UHGV virus genome: UHGV-1374574
DNA: 45,677 bases
Reading direction: 5' to 3' (one strand)
Origin: a virus
This document shows positions 37,266 through 45,677 of this stretch, in pieces; position 1 is the first letter of the stretch, and each line of letters opens with the position of its first letter. The translations under genes were made by a program, and so were the position numbers. The notes beneath the pieces are model-generated. The model had not been told where the DNA came from. It saw nothing but the letters and a program-made list of their open reading frames with translations, and made no database searches.

Positions 37266-37454
37266 ATGGCGTACTGTTGTGTACTGACAGGCATCGGAGA
37301 ATGTTACGGTTGCGGAGAATGCAAAAAAGCAAAATTTGTATGCCCAATATGCGATGCAGAAGAACCAAAAAAACTATACAAGAATAACGGTATCATTGTT
37401 GGTTGTTCGGATTGCATTGAGGTAGTAGATGGCGAAGATTATTTAGAAGAATAG
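37266..37454 (+). CDS. small Cys-rich protein
   Basis: CCV..CYGCGEC...CPICD...CSDC. Confidence 0.4.
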   Translation: MAYCCVLTGIGECYGCGECKKAKFVCPICDAEEPKKLYKNNGIIVGCSDCIEVVDGEDYLEE

Positions 37455-37469
37455 AAAGGTGGAAATAGC

Positions 37470-37883
37470 GTGAATAAATGCTTATTTTTAGCAAGAACTT
37501 GTAGAGATATTGAAATTAGATACACACAGAGTAACAAGGCGGTTGGCAGATTTGCTATTGCGGTTGATACGGGTTACGGAGATAACAAAAAGACCAGTTT
37601 CTTTAATTGTACTGCATGGGATAAGACGGCAGAAACATTAGAAAAATACGCACCAAAGGGAACAAAGTTATTTCTTGAATGTGAAGCGGTACAGAATCAG
37701 TACGAAGATAAGAGTGGCAACAAGAGAGATTCTATTGAATTTGTAGTGAAGAATTTCGAATTTTGCGAGAGTAAGGGCGCAAGCGACAATTCTACACCGA
37801 GCAGTTCTAAGTCAAGCAATACCGATTCGGAGGGATGGATGAATATTCCAGACGGAATCGGTGAGGAATTGCCTTTTGTTTAG
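37470..37883 (+). CDS. ssb: single-stranded DNA-binding protein
   Basis: OB-fold pattern and acidic C-terminal tail ending EELPFV. Confidence 0.7.
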   Translation: MNKCLFLARTCRDIEIRYTQSNKAVGRFAIAVDTGYGDNKKTSFFNCTAWDKTAETLEKYAPKGTKLFLECEAVQNQYEDKSGNKRDSIEFVVKNFEFCESKGASDNSTPSSSKSSNTDSEGWMNIPDGIGEELPFV

Positions 37884-37893
37884 GAGGTAGTCT

Positions 37894-38271
37894 ATGACTT
37901 ACAAAGTAGTAATACCTGGCAGACTGCCAAGCCTTAACGAATATTTGAGTGCTTGTGCAAGCCACCCACAAAAGGGCGCACGAATGAAGCGTGAGAATGA
38001 GGACTTGTGCATCGTGTACATTCGAAAGTATATGCGTGGTATCAAGATAAAGAAACCTATTGAAATCCATTACCGATTTTTCGAGAAGAACACTAAGAGA
38101 GACAGGGGCAATATCGGTTCAATGGCAGACAAGGTATTCGAAGATGCACTCCAAAAGGCACAGGTTATTACATCGGATGATTGGCACCATGTAGTCGGGA
38201 TTTATTATGACGAATTTTCGGTAGATAACAAAATCCCACGCATAGAGATTGAAATTGTGGAGGTAGAGTAA
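37894..38271 (+). CDS. rusA: RusA-family Holliday junction resolvase
   Basis: KRDRGNIGSMADKVFEDALQKAQVITSDD resembles RusA catalytic region. Confidence 0.55.
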   Translation: MTYKVVIPGRLPSLNEYLSACASHPQKGARMKRENEDLCIVYIRKYMRGIKIKKPIEIHYRFFEKNTKRDRGNIGSMADKVFEDALQKAQVITSDDWHHVVGIYYDEFSVDNKIPRIEIEIVEVE

Positions 38272-38543
38272 TGGCAGAACTTAGAGAAAATGTGATTGAG
38301 TTTTATGAAAACGATGAAAGGGCAACCGTGACATTCACCCAGGGCAGATACAAAACGCAGATTAAGAAACTTGCTGAAAAGCACCCGGAAGAATGTCAGA
38401 TTATCGCAGAAAACGTTGACGGAAGTTTATGCGCTCATGTACCTACATCGTGGATCTCCGTAAGACCACCTAAGAAGTTAAACTTGACAGAAGAAGAACG
38501 GGCATTGCGTGGCGAAATGTTGAGAGCAAACAGAAATATTTAA
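38271..38543 (+). CDS. hypothetical protein
   Basis: 90 aa ORF. Confidence 0.45.
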   Translation: MAELRENVIEFYENDERATVTFTQGRYKTQIKKLAEKHPEECQIIAENVDGSLCAHVPTSWISVRPPKKLNLTEEERALRGEMLRANRNI

Positions 38544-38561
38544 TTTTTTTTAAAAGAAAAA

Positions 38562-38576
38562 AACGGTTTAACCGTT
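38562..38576. promoter_or_regulatory. AACGGTTTAACCGTT palindrome (copy c)
   Basis: Identical 15-mer in 235-bp intergenic region. Confidence 0.5.
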
Positions 38577-38728
38577 GCAATTTGCAAAACATTGTGTTAC
38601 AATAGGCGATGTAGTCGAGTATGACGGTGCTTGATTATATCATAACTTTATACTATGACTACAGAAAACGAGCAATTTCTTAGCAAGCCGTCACTTGTTA
38701 GGAAGTTGCTTTTTTGTTGCAATTAAAC

Positions 38729-38743
38729 AACGGCTAAACCGTT
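38729..38743. promoter_or_regulatory. AACGGCTAAACCGTT palindrome variant (copy d)
   Basis: AACGG/CCGTT stem with CTAAA centre, followed by TTTTATAAT. Confidence 0.45.
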
Positions 38744-38777
38744 TTTATAATAAGACAATCAAGGTGGGAAACAAGAA

Positions 38778-39524
38778 ATGGCAAACAAAAGAATGTTTAC
38801 GATGAAGATAGTCGATAGTGACGCATTTTTGGATATGCCACTATCAACACAATGCCTGTACTTTCATTTGAATATGAGGGCAGACGATGATGGGTTCGTT
38901 AGCAATCCAAAGCGAATTAAGAATCTGATAGGTGCAAGTGACGATGATTTAAAGTTGCTTAGAGCAAAGAGATTTATCCTGTCATTCGAAGATGGGGTAA
39001 TCGTTATCAAGCATTGGAGAATGCACAATACAATTCAGAGGGACCGTTACACAACAACGGCATTCCAAGAGGAATTATCAATGCTAAAAGTCAAGGAAAA
39101 CAAGGCATATTCGCTAACAGAGGGCGAAAACATAGCACTGGAAACAAAATGTTTCCAAAATGTTTCCACAGATATAGATATAGATTTAGGTTTAGACTCA
39201 GATACAGATTTAGAAGAAGATAAAGATTTAGGTAAAAAAAAGAAAGGTACTAAAGTACCTAAAGAAAAACCGTCCGATGTTGATGTGATTACGAAAAACA
39301 CGGTTCCACCACCAGTAGATGTTGTCGAGCAGTATTGCCGGGAGCGAAACAACGGTATCAACGCAGAGCATTTTTGTGATTACTACACTGCTAGAGGTTG
39401 GAAGTTAAGCAACGGTAAGAAAATGGTTGACTGGCAAGCGGCAGTGAGAACGTGGGAAGGTAACGATAAAAAGAGACAGACCGAGCAACCGAAAAAAGGT
39501 GCTATTGATTGGGATAACGTGTAG
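38778..39524 (+). CDS. phage replisome organiser / replication initiation protein
   Basis: N-terminus MFTMKIVDSDAFLDMPLSTQCLYFHLNMRADDDGFV typical of replisome-organiser N-domain; conserved C-terminal YYTARGWKLSNGKKMVDWQAAVRTW. Confidence 0.7.
   Translation: MANKRMFTMKIVDSDAFLDMPLSTQCLYFHLNMRADDDGFVSNPKRIKNLIGASDDDLKLLRAKRFILSFEDGVIVIKHWRMHNTIQRDRYTTTAFQEELSMLKVKENKAYSLTEGENIALETKCFQNVSTDIDIDLGLDSDTDLEEDKDLGKKKKGTKVPKEKPSDVDVITKNTVPPPVDVVEQYCRERNNGINAEHFCDYYTARGWKLSNGKKMVDWQAAVRTWEGNDKKRQTEQPKKGAIDWDNV
39145..39245 (+). repeat. iteron-like direct repeats inside replication gene (putative ori)
   Basis: ATGTTTCCA x2 then AGATTTAG(G/A) x3 within GATATAGATATAGATTTAGGTTTAGACTCAGATACAGATTTAGAAGAAGATAAAGATTTAGG. 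Confidence 0.5.
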
Positions 39525-39545
39525 GGGGGGAGGTAACAAATACGA

Positions 39546-40154
39546 ATGAATGACTGGACTGGAAATTACAAAAGTATTTATACGACATTAGGTGCATCGA
39601 ACCATACAAGTGAAGAACGAGAACAGCATGATTACTACGCAACAGAACCAAAAGCTGTTGAAATATTGCTTGAAAACGAAAGTTTTTGTCACTATGTATG
39701 GGAATGTGCTTGTGGAGAAGGGCATATTTCGAAAGTGCTTTTAAATGCCGGATATGATGTAAAGTCAACAGATTTAATTGACAGAGGTTTTGAAGATACA
39801 GAAGTGTTAGACTTCTTGAAAACAGATGTAGAGTATCGTAAGAGAGATTTTTCAAGGGATATTATAACTACCCCGCCATATAAATACGCAAAAGAATTTG
39901 TTGAACACGCACTTGACATTTCAATGGATAGCACGAAGATAGCAATGTTTTTAAAATTAACTTTTCTTGAAGGTCAAGCACGAAAGAAATTGTTCAAAAA
40001 ATACCCACCGAAAACAATATATGTTTTTTCTGGCAGAGTTAAATGCGCTAAAAACGGTAATTTTGATGAAGTAGGTTCAAGTGCAGTTGCCTATGCGTGG
40101 TTTGTTTGGGAAAAGGGTTTTATAGGAAATCCTGTTATCAAATGGGTTAATTAA
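39546..40154 (+). CDS. DNA N6-adenine methyltransferase
   Basis: Catalytic TPPY motif (ITTPPYKY). Confidence 0.6.
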   Translation: MNDWTGNYKSIYTTLGASNHTSEEREQHDYYATEPKAVEILLENESFCHYVWECACGEGHISKVLLNAGYDVKSTDLIDRGFEDTEVLDFLKTDVEYRKRDFSRDIITTPPYKYAKEFVEHALDISMDSTKIAMFLKLTFLEGQARKKLFKKYPPKTIYVFSGRVKCAKNGNFDEVGSSAVAYAWFVWEKGFIGNPVIKWVN

Positions 40155-40174
40155 GTTTGGGAAGGAGTTAAGAA

Positions 40175-40723
40175 ATGACGAGGGACGAAGCAAAGCGGAT
40201 CATTCAAATAATGGTTGCTACATACCCAAACTACAAGCCGAATGATTTATCTAACACGGTGGATATTTGGCACATGATGTTAGCGGAATACAGTTACGGA
40301 GAGATAGCGGCGGCGTTAAAAGCCTATATCAGTACCGACACAATCGGATTTGCACCGAGCGTAGGACAGGTAATTGATAAACTGCACACGTTAAAGACCA
40401 CGGCACAGGGTAGTGGTTTAACGGAATCAGAAGCGTGGAGCATGGTGTATAAGGCAATCTGCAAAGCGAATTATTACGCAGAAGAAGAATTTGCGAAATT
40501 TCCACCGTTGATTCAGAAAGCAGTCGGCACTCCGGCACAACTTAGAATGTGGGCGAATGATGCAGAGTTTAATGTCGGTGTTGCGAGTAGTAATTTCAAC
40601 CGTGTTTATCGGAATTGTGTTGAGAGAGAAAAGGAACTTGCCAAACTGCCGACAGATGTGCGTGTGTGTTTAGGTGTAAACAATGACAGTATCAAGGAAT
40701 TGGAGGACAAAAACAATGGATAA
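40175..40723 (+). CDS. hypothetical replication-associated protein
   Basis: 182 aa between methyltransferase and sigma-like regulator. Confidence 0.4.
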   Translation: MTRDEAKRIIQIMVATYPNYKPNDLSNTVDIWHMMLAEYSYGEIAAALKAYISTDTIGFAPSVGQVIDKLHTLKTTAQGSGLTESEAWSMVYKAICKANYYAEEEFAKFPPLIQKAVGTPAQLRMWANDAEFNVGVASSNFNRVYRNCVEREKELAKLPTDVRVCLGVNNDSIKELEDKNNG

Positions 40724-41249
40724 AGAGTTAGTGGTAGGAATTGTTCAAGAAACCATTTTGGAACTGGAAAAGCAAGGTAAAATCAGAAAACCGAGTGAGA
40801 AGTCGGCATATCAGAAAACCGAAGCAATTCTCTATAATTTGGGTAGCGTGTATAAGGCCGTGGATTTTCATAATCGTATGATTGATGAACTTCTGGAATA
40901 TGGCGCACCGAAACGCAGTAAGTCAATTACGACCTTTAATAGCCAGGGTGGATTTATCGAAAAGCAAACAGAACAGGAAATTGCAGAAGAAAAGGCAATG
41001 GAAGAAGCAAAAACAGTACATCGCACACAGATATTACTTGCGATTATTGAAACTGCTATCCAGGAGATCTGTGACGATTGGAGAGAAGCGTTAGAAATGT
41101 ATTACATTGACGGAATGGATTTACAGACGATTGCAGAAGAAGTTGGGGTAGAGGTTGCCACAATTTCGAAACGCAAGAAAAAAGCCACAATGGAATTGAG
41201 TATAATCTTGTTCCCAGATGCAAATTTAAAAGACGGCTTATATCAATAA
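40716..41249 (+). CDS. sigma-factor-like late transcriptional regulator (ArpU/RinA-like)
   Basis: C-terminal sigma region-4-like HTH MDLQTIAEEVGVEVATISKRKKKA; ATG 40716 overlaps upstream stop. Confidence 0.55.
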   Translation: MDKELVVGIVQETILELEKQGKIRKPSEKSAYQKTEAILYNLGSVYKAVDFHNRMIDELLEYGAPKRSKSITTFNSQGGFIEKQTEQEIAEEKAMEEAKTVHRTQILLAIIETAIQEICDDWREALEMYYIDGMDLQTIAEEVGVEVATISKRKKKATMELSIILFPDANLKDGLYQ

Positions 41250-41303
41250 ATTAGATAAGGAGTAATGAGGTTTGTGCGCACAATAAAGACGTCTTTACTC
41301 TAA

Positions 41304-41573
41304 GTGAAAAAAATGGCAGATAAGGAAAAAAGATTACACAGAGCAGCAATAGGGGTATGTACAACGTGTGGCGGAGAACTTGACACGGACGGAAAGACCT
41401 GTTCGAAGTGCCGGGAACTGGCAAACAGGAAAAGTAAGGAACGCAGAGAGTATTATTTATCAAATGGTATATGCCCTTATTGCGGTAGAGAAAAATTGTT
41501 TGGCACAGAACGTTCTTGCCCGGAGTGTCGAGCGAAAAGAATAAATGCAATGGAAAAGTCACGAAAAAGGTAA
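41304..41573 (+). CDS. double zinc-ribbon protein
   Basis: CTTCG...CSKC and CPYCG...CPEC; paralogue of next gene. Confidence 0.45.
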   Translation: MKKMADKEKRLHRAAIGVCTTCGGELDTDGKTCSKCRELANRKSKERREYYLSNGICPYCGREKLFGTERSCPECRAKRINAMEKSRKR

Positions 41574-41582
41574 TGGGATAAA

Positions 41583-41936
41583 GTGTTAGAACAGTCTGCA
41601 TCTTCACATCGCAAGAGATACCATGAAAAAAAGGAACAGGGGTTGTGCGTAAGATGTGGGAAACGAAAGTTTGAAAGCGGTAGAACGTTGTGTACGATAT
41701 GCCTTTACAAAAAGCAGAGATACGAACAAGAAAGTCGGGAACGTAAGGGCATTGAAATTCCTAGAAGCGAAAGAGTTGCAAATGGACTTTGTTACACTTG
41801 CGGAAATCCATTGGATCGTGACGGTAGAATTTGTGTAAGTTGCGCTGAAAAAATGACAAGGAACTTGCCGGAAAAACGTGGTGGTAACGTGTACTGGCAG
41901 AAACAGAATAAATTGATTACTTACAAGTTGGGTTAG
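41583..41936 (+). CDS. double zinc-ribbon protein (paralogue)
   Basis: CVRCG...CTIC and CYTCG...CVSC. Confidence 0.45.
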   Translation: MLEQSASSHRKRYHEKKEQGLCVRCGKRKFESGRTLCTICLYKKQRYEQESRERKGIEIPRSERVANGLCYTCGNPLDRDGRICVSCAEKMTRNLPEKRGGNVYWQKQNKLITYKLG

Positions 41937-42268
41937 GTTCGGAGGGGGGAACATAACAATGACATTTTTTATAGGGTTTTTAGTAGGAGTTGTATTTACA
42001 GTAGTTTGGTTTTTACAGGCAAAGGAGTGATAACGTGATAGTAATTAGATTTGGTAAATGGAGCAGAAAAACCACAATGCGATTTATCTACACAAGGATT
42101 TATACGAAACGGCACAAATGGACACCATTCTGCCGGATAGAACGTAGATACGTCAGAAAGGGTGGTGCGGTATGAAATTTATAGATTTTATATGCGGTGC
42201 GTGGGCGTTAGGTGTATTAGCATACATCTTATTTTCAAAAGTAGAAACAAAGGACGAAAGGAAAAACA

Positions 42269-42475
42269 GTGAGAGGAACAGTAGTAAAGATAAATAAATC
42301 TCCCTTATGGGAAACAGTGCTTGTATATAGCCAAGACAAGAGCATTTTAACACAGTTACCTATGGATAGTGGCATGGAACATTTATTACACGGCAAAAGC
42401 AAAGTGTACTGTAAGTGCCACAGAGGTATTTGTGGGGATTTGATTTTTGGAGAAGAAGTAAGTTGCAGTTGGTAA
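42269..42475 (+). CDS. hypothetical protein
   Basis: 68-aa ORF. Confidence 0.3.
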   Translation: MRGTVVKINKSPLWETVLVYSQDKSILTQLPMDSGMEHLLHGKSKVYCKCHRGICGDLIFGEEVSCSW

Positions 42476-42490
42476 ACGGAGGATAAAAAT

Positions 42491-42661
42491 ATGGAGAAAG
42501 GAAAATGTACCATTTATTGTACGGCAAATTGTAAATATAACAGTGGCAAGGGTTGTTACAACGTATGCGAACATCCGAAGCATAATGGAATAATGACTAT
42601 TGCAGATAAGACATACACAAACACTTGTAGTTTCAAGGAAGAAAGGGTAGATAATGATTAA
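42491..42661 (+). CDS. small Cys-rich protein
   Basis: 56-aa ORF (below cut-off) MEKGKCTIYCTANCKYNSGKGCYNVCEHPKH; RBS GGAGGA. Confidence 0.4.
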   Translation: MEKGKCTIYCTANCKYNSGKGCYNVCEHPKHNGIMTIADKTYTNTCSFKEERVDND

Positions 42662-42911
42662 CGAAATCCGAGAAGTATTAGAAAAGCATAAAGAAAATAT
42701 TCCAGTAGTAGCAATGGCAGAGTTGCTTGCGGTGCTTGATGAGGCAAGTAGTAAGCAGAAACTTAAATATAAAATCTGCCGTATTGCAGATATTCAAAAT
42801 TGCGGTAACGAAGATTGTTACCCTTGGAAAAGGCAAGATTGCATAGGTTGTGTAAATCGTAGAGTTAGTGTCAAGTCGGTTTTAAAAATTATTGATGCGG
42901 AGGTGGAGTGA
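42654..42911 (+). CDS. hypothetical Cys-containing protein
   Basis: 85 aa; overlapping start/stop with neighbours. Confidence 0.45.
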   Translation: MINEIREVLEKHKENIPVVAMAELLAVLDEASSKQKLKYKICRIADIQNCGNEDCYPWKRQDCIGCVNRRVSVKSVLKIIDAEVE

Positions 42912-43180
42912 TGAAACAGATATTTGATTGGTTGAGAGAGCAGATAGGCGACAAAAAAGAGAATTGCAGTAGCATAACGATGATTGATGTAAATAGGGTT
43001 CACAACATTATAGACGAAGCCGAAGCCAAGTGGGAAGCGGATTGTTGCGAGCAATGGTATTTGAAAGAGAATGCAACTTTTATGATGATACATGGCACAT
43101 CACATCTTGTTGATGATGCAAAGTATTGGAAGTTCTGCCCATACTGCGGAAAGCCTATAAAGATAAGTGGGGTGGAGTGA
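42908..43180 (+). CDS. hypothetical protein with CPYCG zinc-ribbon
   Basis: 90 aa. Confidence 0.45.
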   Translation: MMKQIFDWLREQIGDKKENCSSITMIDVNRVHNIIDEAEAKWEADCCEQWYLKENATFMMIHGTSHLVDDAKYWKFCPYCGKPIKISGVE

Positions 43181-43464
43181 TGCGGTTAATTGATGCGGTA
43201 GGTCTAAGGACGGAAGTTGATATGTTATTTGCGGAAAAGAAAATCAGCCCAAATACAATGTTAATAATGAAAAAAACTATTGACTATTATCCGATAGCAT
43301 TTGATATGGAAAAAGTTGTAGAACAACTAAAAACGGTAAAGGTAACTGCACTTGATAAGGTCAGAATGATAGTTCTGATAATATTTAAGCGTGATTTACA
43401 GAAAATCGTGGATATTTGTTTTGATGAAGCAATTAGGATTGTCAGAAAAGGTGGTGTGGAGTAG
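43180..43464 (+). CDS. hypothetical protein
   Basis: ATG 43180 overlapping upstream stop (GTGATG). Confidence 0.4.
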   Translation: MRLIDAVGLRTEVDMLFAEKKISPNTMLIMKKTIDYYPIAFDMEKVVEQLKTVKVTALDKVRMIVLIIFKRDLQKIVDICFDEAIRIVRKGGVE

Positions 43465-43686
43465 ATGGCAGAGTTAAAGAAATGTCCGTTTTGCGGAAGT
43501 GAAAAACTGAAAATAGACAGTAAAAGCGGACAGATACATTATTACCAAAAGAACGGAATGAGTCCGTGGCAACACGTTGTATTTTCTGTTCGTTGCAATA
43601 AATGTAATGCAAGGGGCGGTGCAGTTGGTGCAGATTTGCCTACAAATATTTTAGGTGATTTTGTAGCAAAAAAAAGCAGAGGTTGA
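43465..43686 (+). CDS. Lar-family-like restriction alleviation protein (zinc ribbon)
   Basis: N-terminal KKCPFCGSEKLKI... and CNKCNARG resembles Lar-family CPFCGG signature. Confidence 0.4.
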   Translation: MAELKKCPFCGSEKLKIDSKSGQIHYYQKNGMSPWQHVVFSVRCNKCNARGGAVGADLPTNILGDFVAKKSRG

Positions 43687-43728
43687 GCGAAAAGCAATCG
43701 AAGCATGGAACAACAGAGTGGAGGAAGA

Positions 43729-44220
43729 ATGATGGCGGAGTTAATCAAAGGGAAAACATTTAGTGATAAGCCGTGGTATTACTCGTACTGTGGCATGATG
43801 AACCGATGCTATAATTCGAAGGTTGCAAATTACGAATATTATGGCGGTAGGGGAATAAGTGTATGCGAGGAATGGCACGATATTGAAGAATTTGAAAAGT
43901 GGGTGTTTTCCAGTGGATATGAAAAAGGATTAACCTTGGACAGAATAGATGCCAATGGTAATTACGAGCCGAGTAATTGCAGATGGGCAACACCTAAAGA
44001 ACAAGCGAATAACCGCAGAAATACGCTTTATATCGAATATGAAGGAGAAAGCCACACTATATCTGAATGGGCAGAAATCAAAGGTTTAAATCCAAAAACA
44101 ATAAACGGCAGATATTATCGCGGTATTCGAGGTGCAAAGTTATTTGAGAAACCATTTGATTGTACTGGTAAAACATGGGTTATGGTGAACGGAAGAAGGG
44201 AGTGGAAGGAATGTGTTTAA
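43729..44220 (+). CDS. HNH endonuclease
   Basis: NRCYN...YYGGRGISVCEEW...LTLDRIDANGNYEPSNCRWATPKEQANN typical phage HNH_3-type. Confidence 0.7.
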   Translation: MMAELIKGKTFSDKPWYYSYCGMMNRCYNSKVANYEYYGGRGISVCEEWHDIEEFEKWVFSSGYEKGLTLDRIDANGNYEPSNCRWATPKEQANNRRNTLYIEYEGESHTISEWAEIKGLNPKTINGRYYRGIRGAKLFEKPFDCTGKTWVMVNGRREWKECV

Positions 44221-44504
44221 TTGATAAAGTTGCGTTATACGATGCAATGACAGAAGAATACAAGAAGCACTATGCAGGAACTGGCAAGGGTTATGATTTT
44301 ACGATTGCAATGCAGATGGTACAGAATCAACCAACCACAACCGAAGCAGAGATAAGGGCAAAGGCTATTGATGAATTTGCGGAAGCAGTTGTATTGGAAA
44401 TCGAATGCTTTGCAAGAGAAATGGACGGAGAACCGAACTGTGGTTTTATCGGAATGTGTATTGACATTGCTAATAATGTGGCAGAACAGTTAAAGGAGGA
44501 ATAG
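44211..44504 (+). CDS. hypothetical protein
   Basis: ATG 44211 after GGAAGG. Confidence 0.4.
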   Translation: MCLIDKVALYDAMTEEYKKHYAGTGKGYDFTIAMQMVQNQPTTTEAEIRAKAIDEFAEAVVLEIECFAREMDGEPNCGFIGMCIDIANNVAEQLKEE

Positions 44505-44506
44505 AA

Positions 44507-44644
44507 ATGACGGATAAAGGTTTTTCCACAGTAAATATAGAACAGTGCTTAGAAGTAATAAACCGACAGTATTCGGCAGAAGAAAGAAAAGAGATTTATC
44601 GGCAGATGGGACAGTATTTATTGGAGGGTGTGATTGATGATTGA
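44507..44644 (+). CDS. hypothetical small protein
   Basis: 45-aa ORF after GGAGGA RBS. Confidence 0.3.
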   Translation: MTDKGFSTVNIEQCLEVINRQYSAEERKEIYRQMGQYLLEGVIDD

Positions 44645-44960
44645 GAAGATATTGGAGAGGTTGGGAGCAAAGAAAGCCGAATTTGCTTCGGTTCGTGTGG
44701 ATTATGCCGAAGGGTTACATGATGGGTATATGAAAGCAATGAAAATCGTCCAAGAAGTAGCAAAGGAATATGGTAATGGGTGGATTCCTACGGTTGAAAT
44801 GCTCTTTCCAAGATACGGACAAAAAGTGCTTGCATCAGTAAGAACAGACATTGCCACACATGAGGTAATAATAACCACATACGAACGGCAGGAGTATTGG
44901 CACAACGGAATTATAACCGCATGGAAGCCGTTAGATGCACCATATCAGAAGGGAGAGTGA
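44637..44960 (+). CDS. hypothetical protein
   Basis: ORF in track (start adjusted to ATG 44637). Confidence 0.4.
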   Translation: MIEKILERLGAKKAEFASVRVDYAEGLHDGYMKAMKIVQEVAKEYGNGWIPTVEMLFPRYGQKVLASVRTDIATHEVIITTYERQEYWHNGIITAWKPLDAPYQKGE

Positions 44961-44963
44961 AGC

Positions 44964-45329
44964 ATGGATAAGTTAAGCGATAGATTTATGTATTACTGCG
45001 GATTGCTTGCACCAAACGGAGTTAGTGTTGATGATTTGAAGCATATTCAGAATTTGATAGACAAGGAAGAACAAGGGTTGCTGATTGAATTGCCTTGCAA
45101 GGTGGGAGATAGATTATATCAAATAAAAAAAGACGAATTGTATGAGTTGATACTTATTGGTGTAGTTTATGACGAAGCCAACAAGGAATGGTTGTTGGAA
45201 CTTGCGGTTCAAATTGGTTTAGAGTGGCATAAGATAATTCGCACAAAGGAACGCATCGGAACAACAATTTTTCTCACACGTTCCGAAGCAGAAGAAGCAC
45301 TGGCAAAGATGGGAGGAGCAAATGAGTAA
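44964..45329 (+). CDS. hypothetical protein
   Basis: 121 aa ORF. Confidence 0.4.
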   Translation: MDKLSDRFMYYCGLLAPNGVSVDDLKHIQNLIDKEEQGLLIELPCKVGDRLYQIKKDELYELILIGVVYDEANKEWLLELAVQIGLEWHKIIRTKERIGTTIFLTRSEAEEALAKMGGANE

Positions 45330-45561
45330 AGCGGTTTTAGTAATGGATATGCCACAGACCTGTTATGAATGTGATATGTGCAATAATGAGTACTGTGCAA
45401 TAAAAAGACAGTTTTGTTATAACAGTGAAGAAAAACGTGCAGAGTGGTGTCCGTTAGTATCGTTGCCAGAGGAAAGATATTTCTGCACTGGCGAAGTAAG
45501 CGAATATGATAACGGGTGGAATGATTGTCTTTTAGATTTGGCAAAGATGGGAGGTAAGTAA
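45322..45561 (+). CDS. small Cys-rich protein
   Basis: CYECDMCNNEYC...WCP. Confidence 0.4.
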   Translation: MSKAVLVMDMPQTCYECDMCNNEYCAIKRQFCYNSEEKRAEWCPLVSLPEERYFCTGEVSEYDNGWNDCLLDLAKMGGK

Positions 45562-45677
45562 TGTTTGAAGTTCTAATGTACGCATTAGTAGCAATAATTG
45601 TAGCGTGTTTATGTATTGCAGAGTATGTTCTTGATAGGAAAGATGGGAGGTAAGGAATGGCAGATTGCAAGACTTGC

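Noticed and set aside
1-45677. CRISPR array, retron, group II intron or DGR explanations for the repeats, the ncRNA and the duplicated tail fibres
   Set aside because: No reverse transcriptase, cas genes or regularly spaced repeat-spacer array anywhere in the window. The repeats are short tandem arrays or operator dyads.

Overview
This window looks like a nearly complete temperate phage or prophage genome (it could not be established which), from a low-GC Firmicutes (probably Clostridia) host, with early genes at both ends of the window. Almost all genes are on the + strand. From left to right it contains: small Cys-rich early proteins, a dUTPase and a truncated tRNA-like element (1-1.7 kb); three ribbon-helix-helix regulators and a glycine-zipper membrane protein (2-3.6 kb); a ~600-nt ORF-free, promoter-to-terminator candidate structured RNA (3.65-4.25 kb); an AT-rich cassette of six unrecognisable ORFs with its own promoter, which carries the same palindromic operator as the RNA promoter (4.5-6.7 kb); a ~950-bp ORF-free repeat-bearing region; then a PBSX/SPP1-like morphogenesis block. 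That block runs terS, terL, portal, gp7-like head morphogenesis protein, tRNA-Met, scaffold, major capsid protein, connectors, tail sheath, tail tube, chaperone with a -1 frameshift site, tape measure, LysM protein, baseplate (XkdQ/R/S/T/U-like), two paralogous tail-fibre plus Asp-box receptor-binding modules, XkdW/XkdX-like proteins, XhlA/holin and endolysin. The integration/lysogeny module on the minus strand is a large serine recombinase translationally coupled to an XRE repressor, with a 13-bp inverted-repeat attP/terminator candidate. A divergent cro starts the early operon (RecT, PD-(D/E)XK nuclease, SSB, RusA, replisome organiser with internal iterons, N6-adenine methyltransferase, sigma-like late regulator, Lar-like protein, HNH endonuclease and many small zinc-ribbon proteins). 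The early operon is punctuated by a repeated AACGGTTTAACCGTT palindrome. The most unusual element is the co-regulated candidate large ncRNA plus novel-ORF cassette between the RHH regulator and the packaging genes. Everything here is read from the sequence by eye and no database search was possible.
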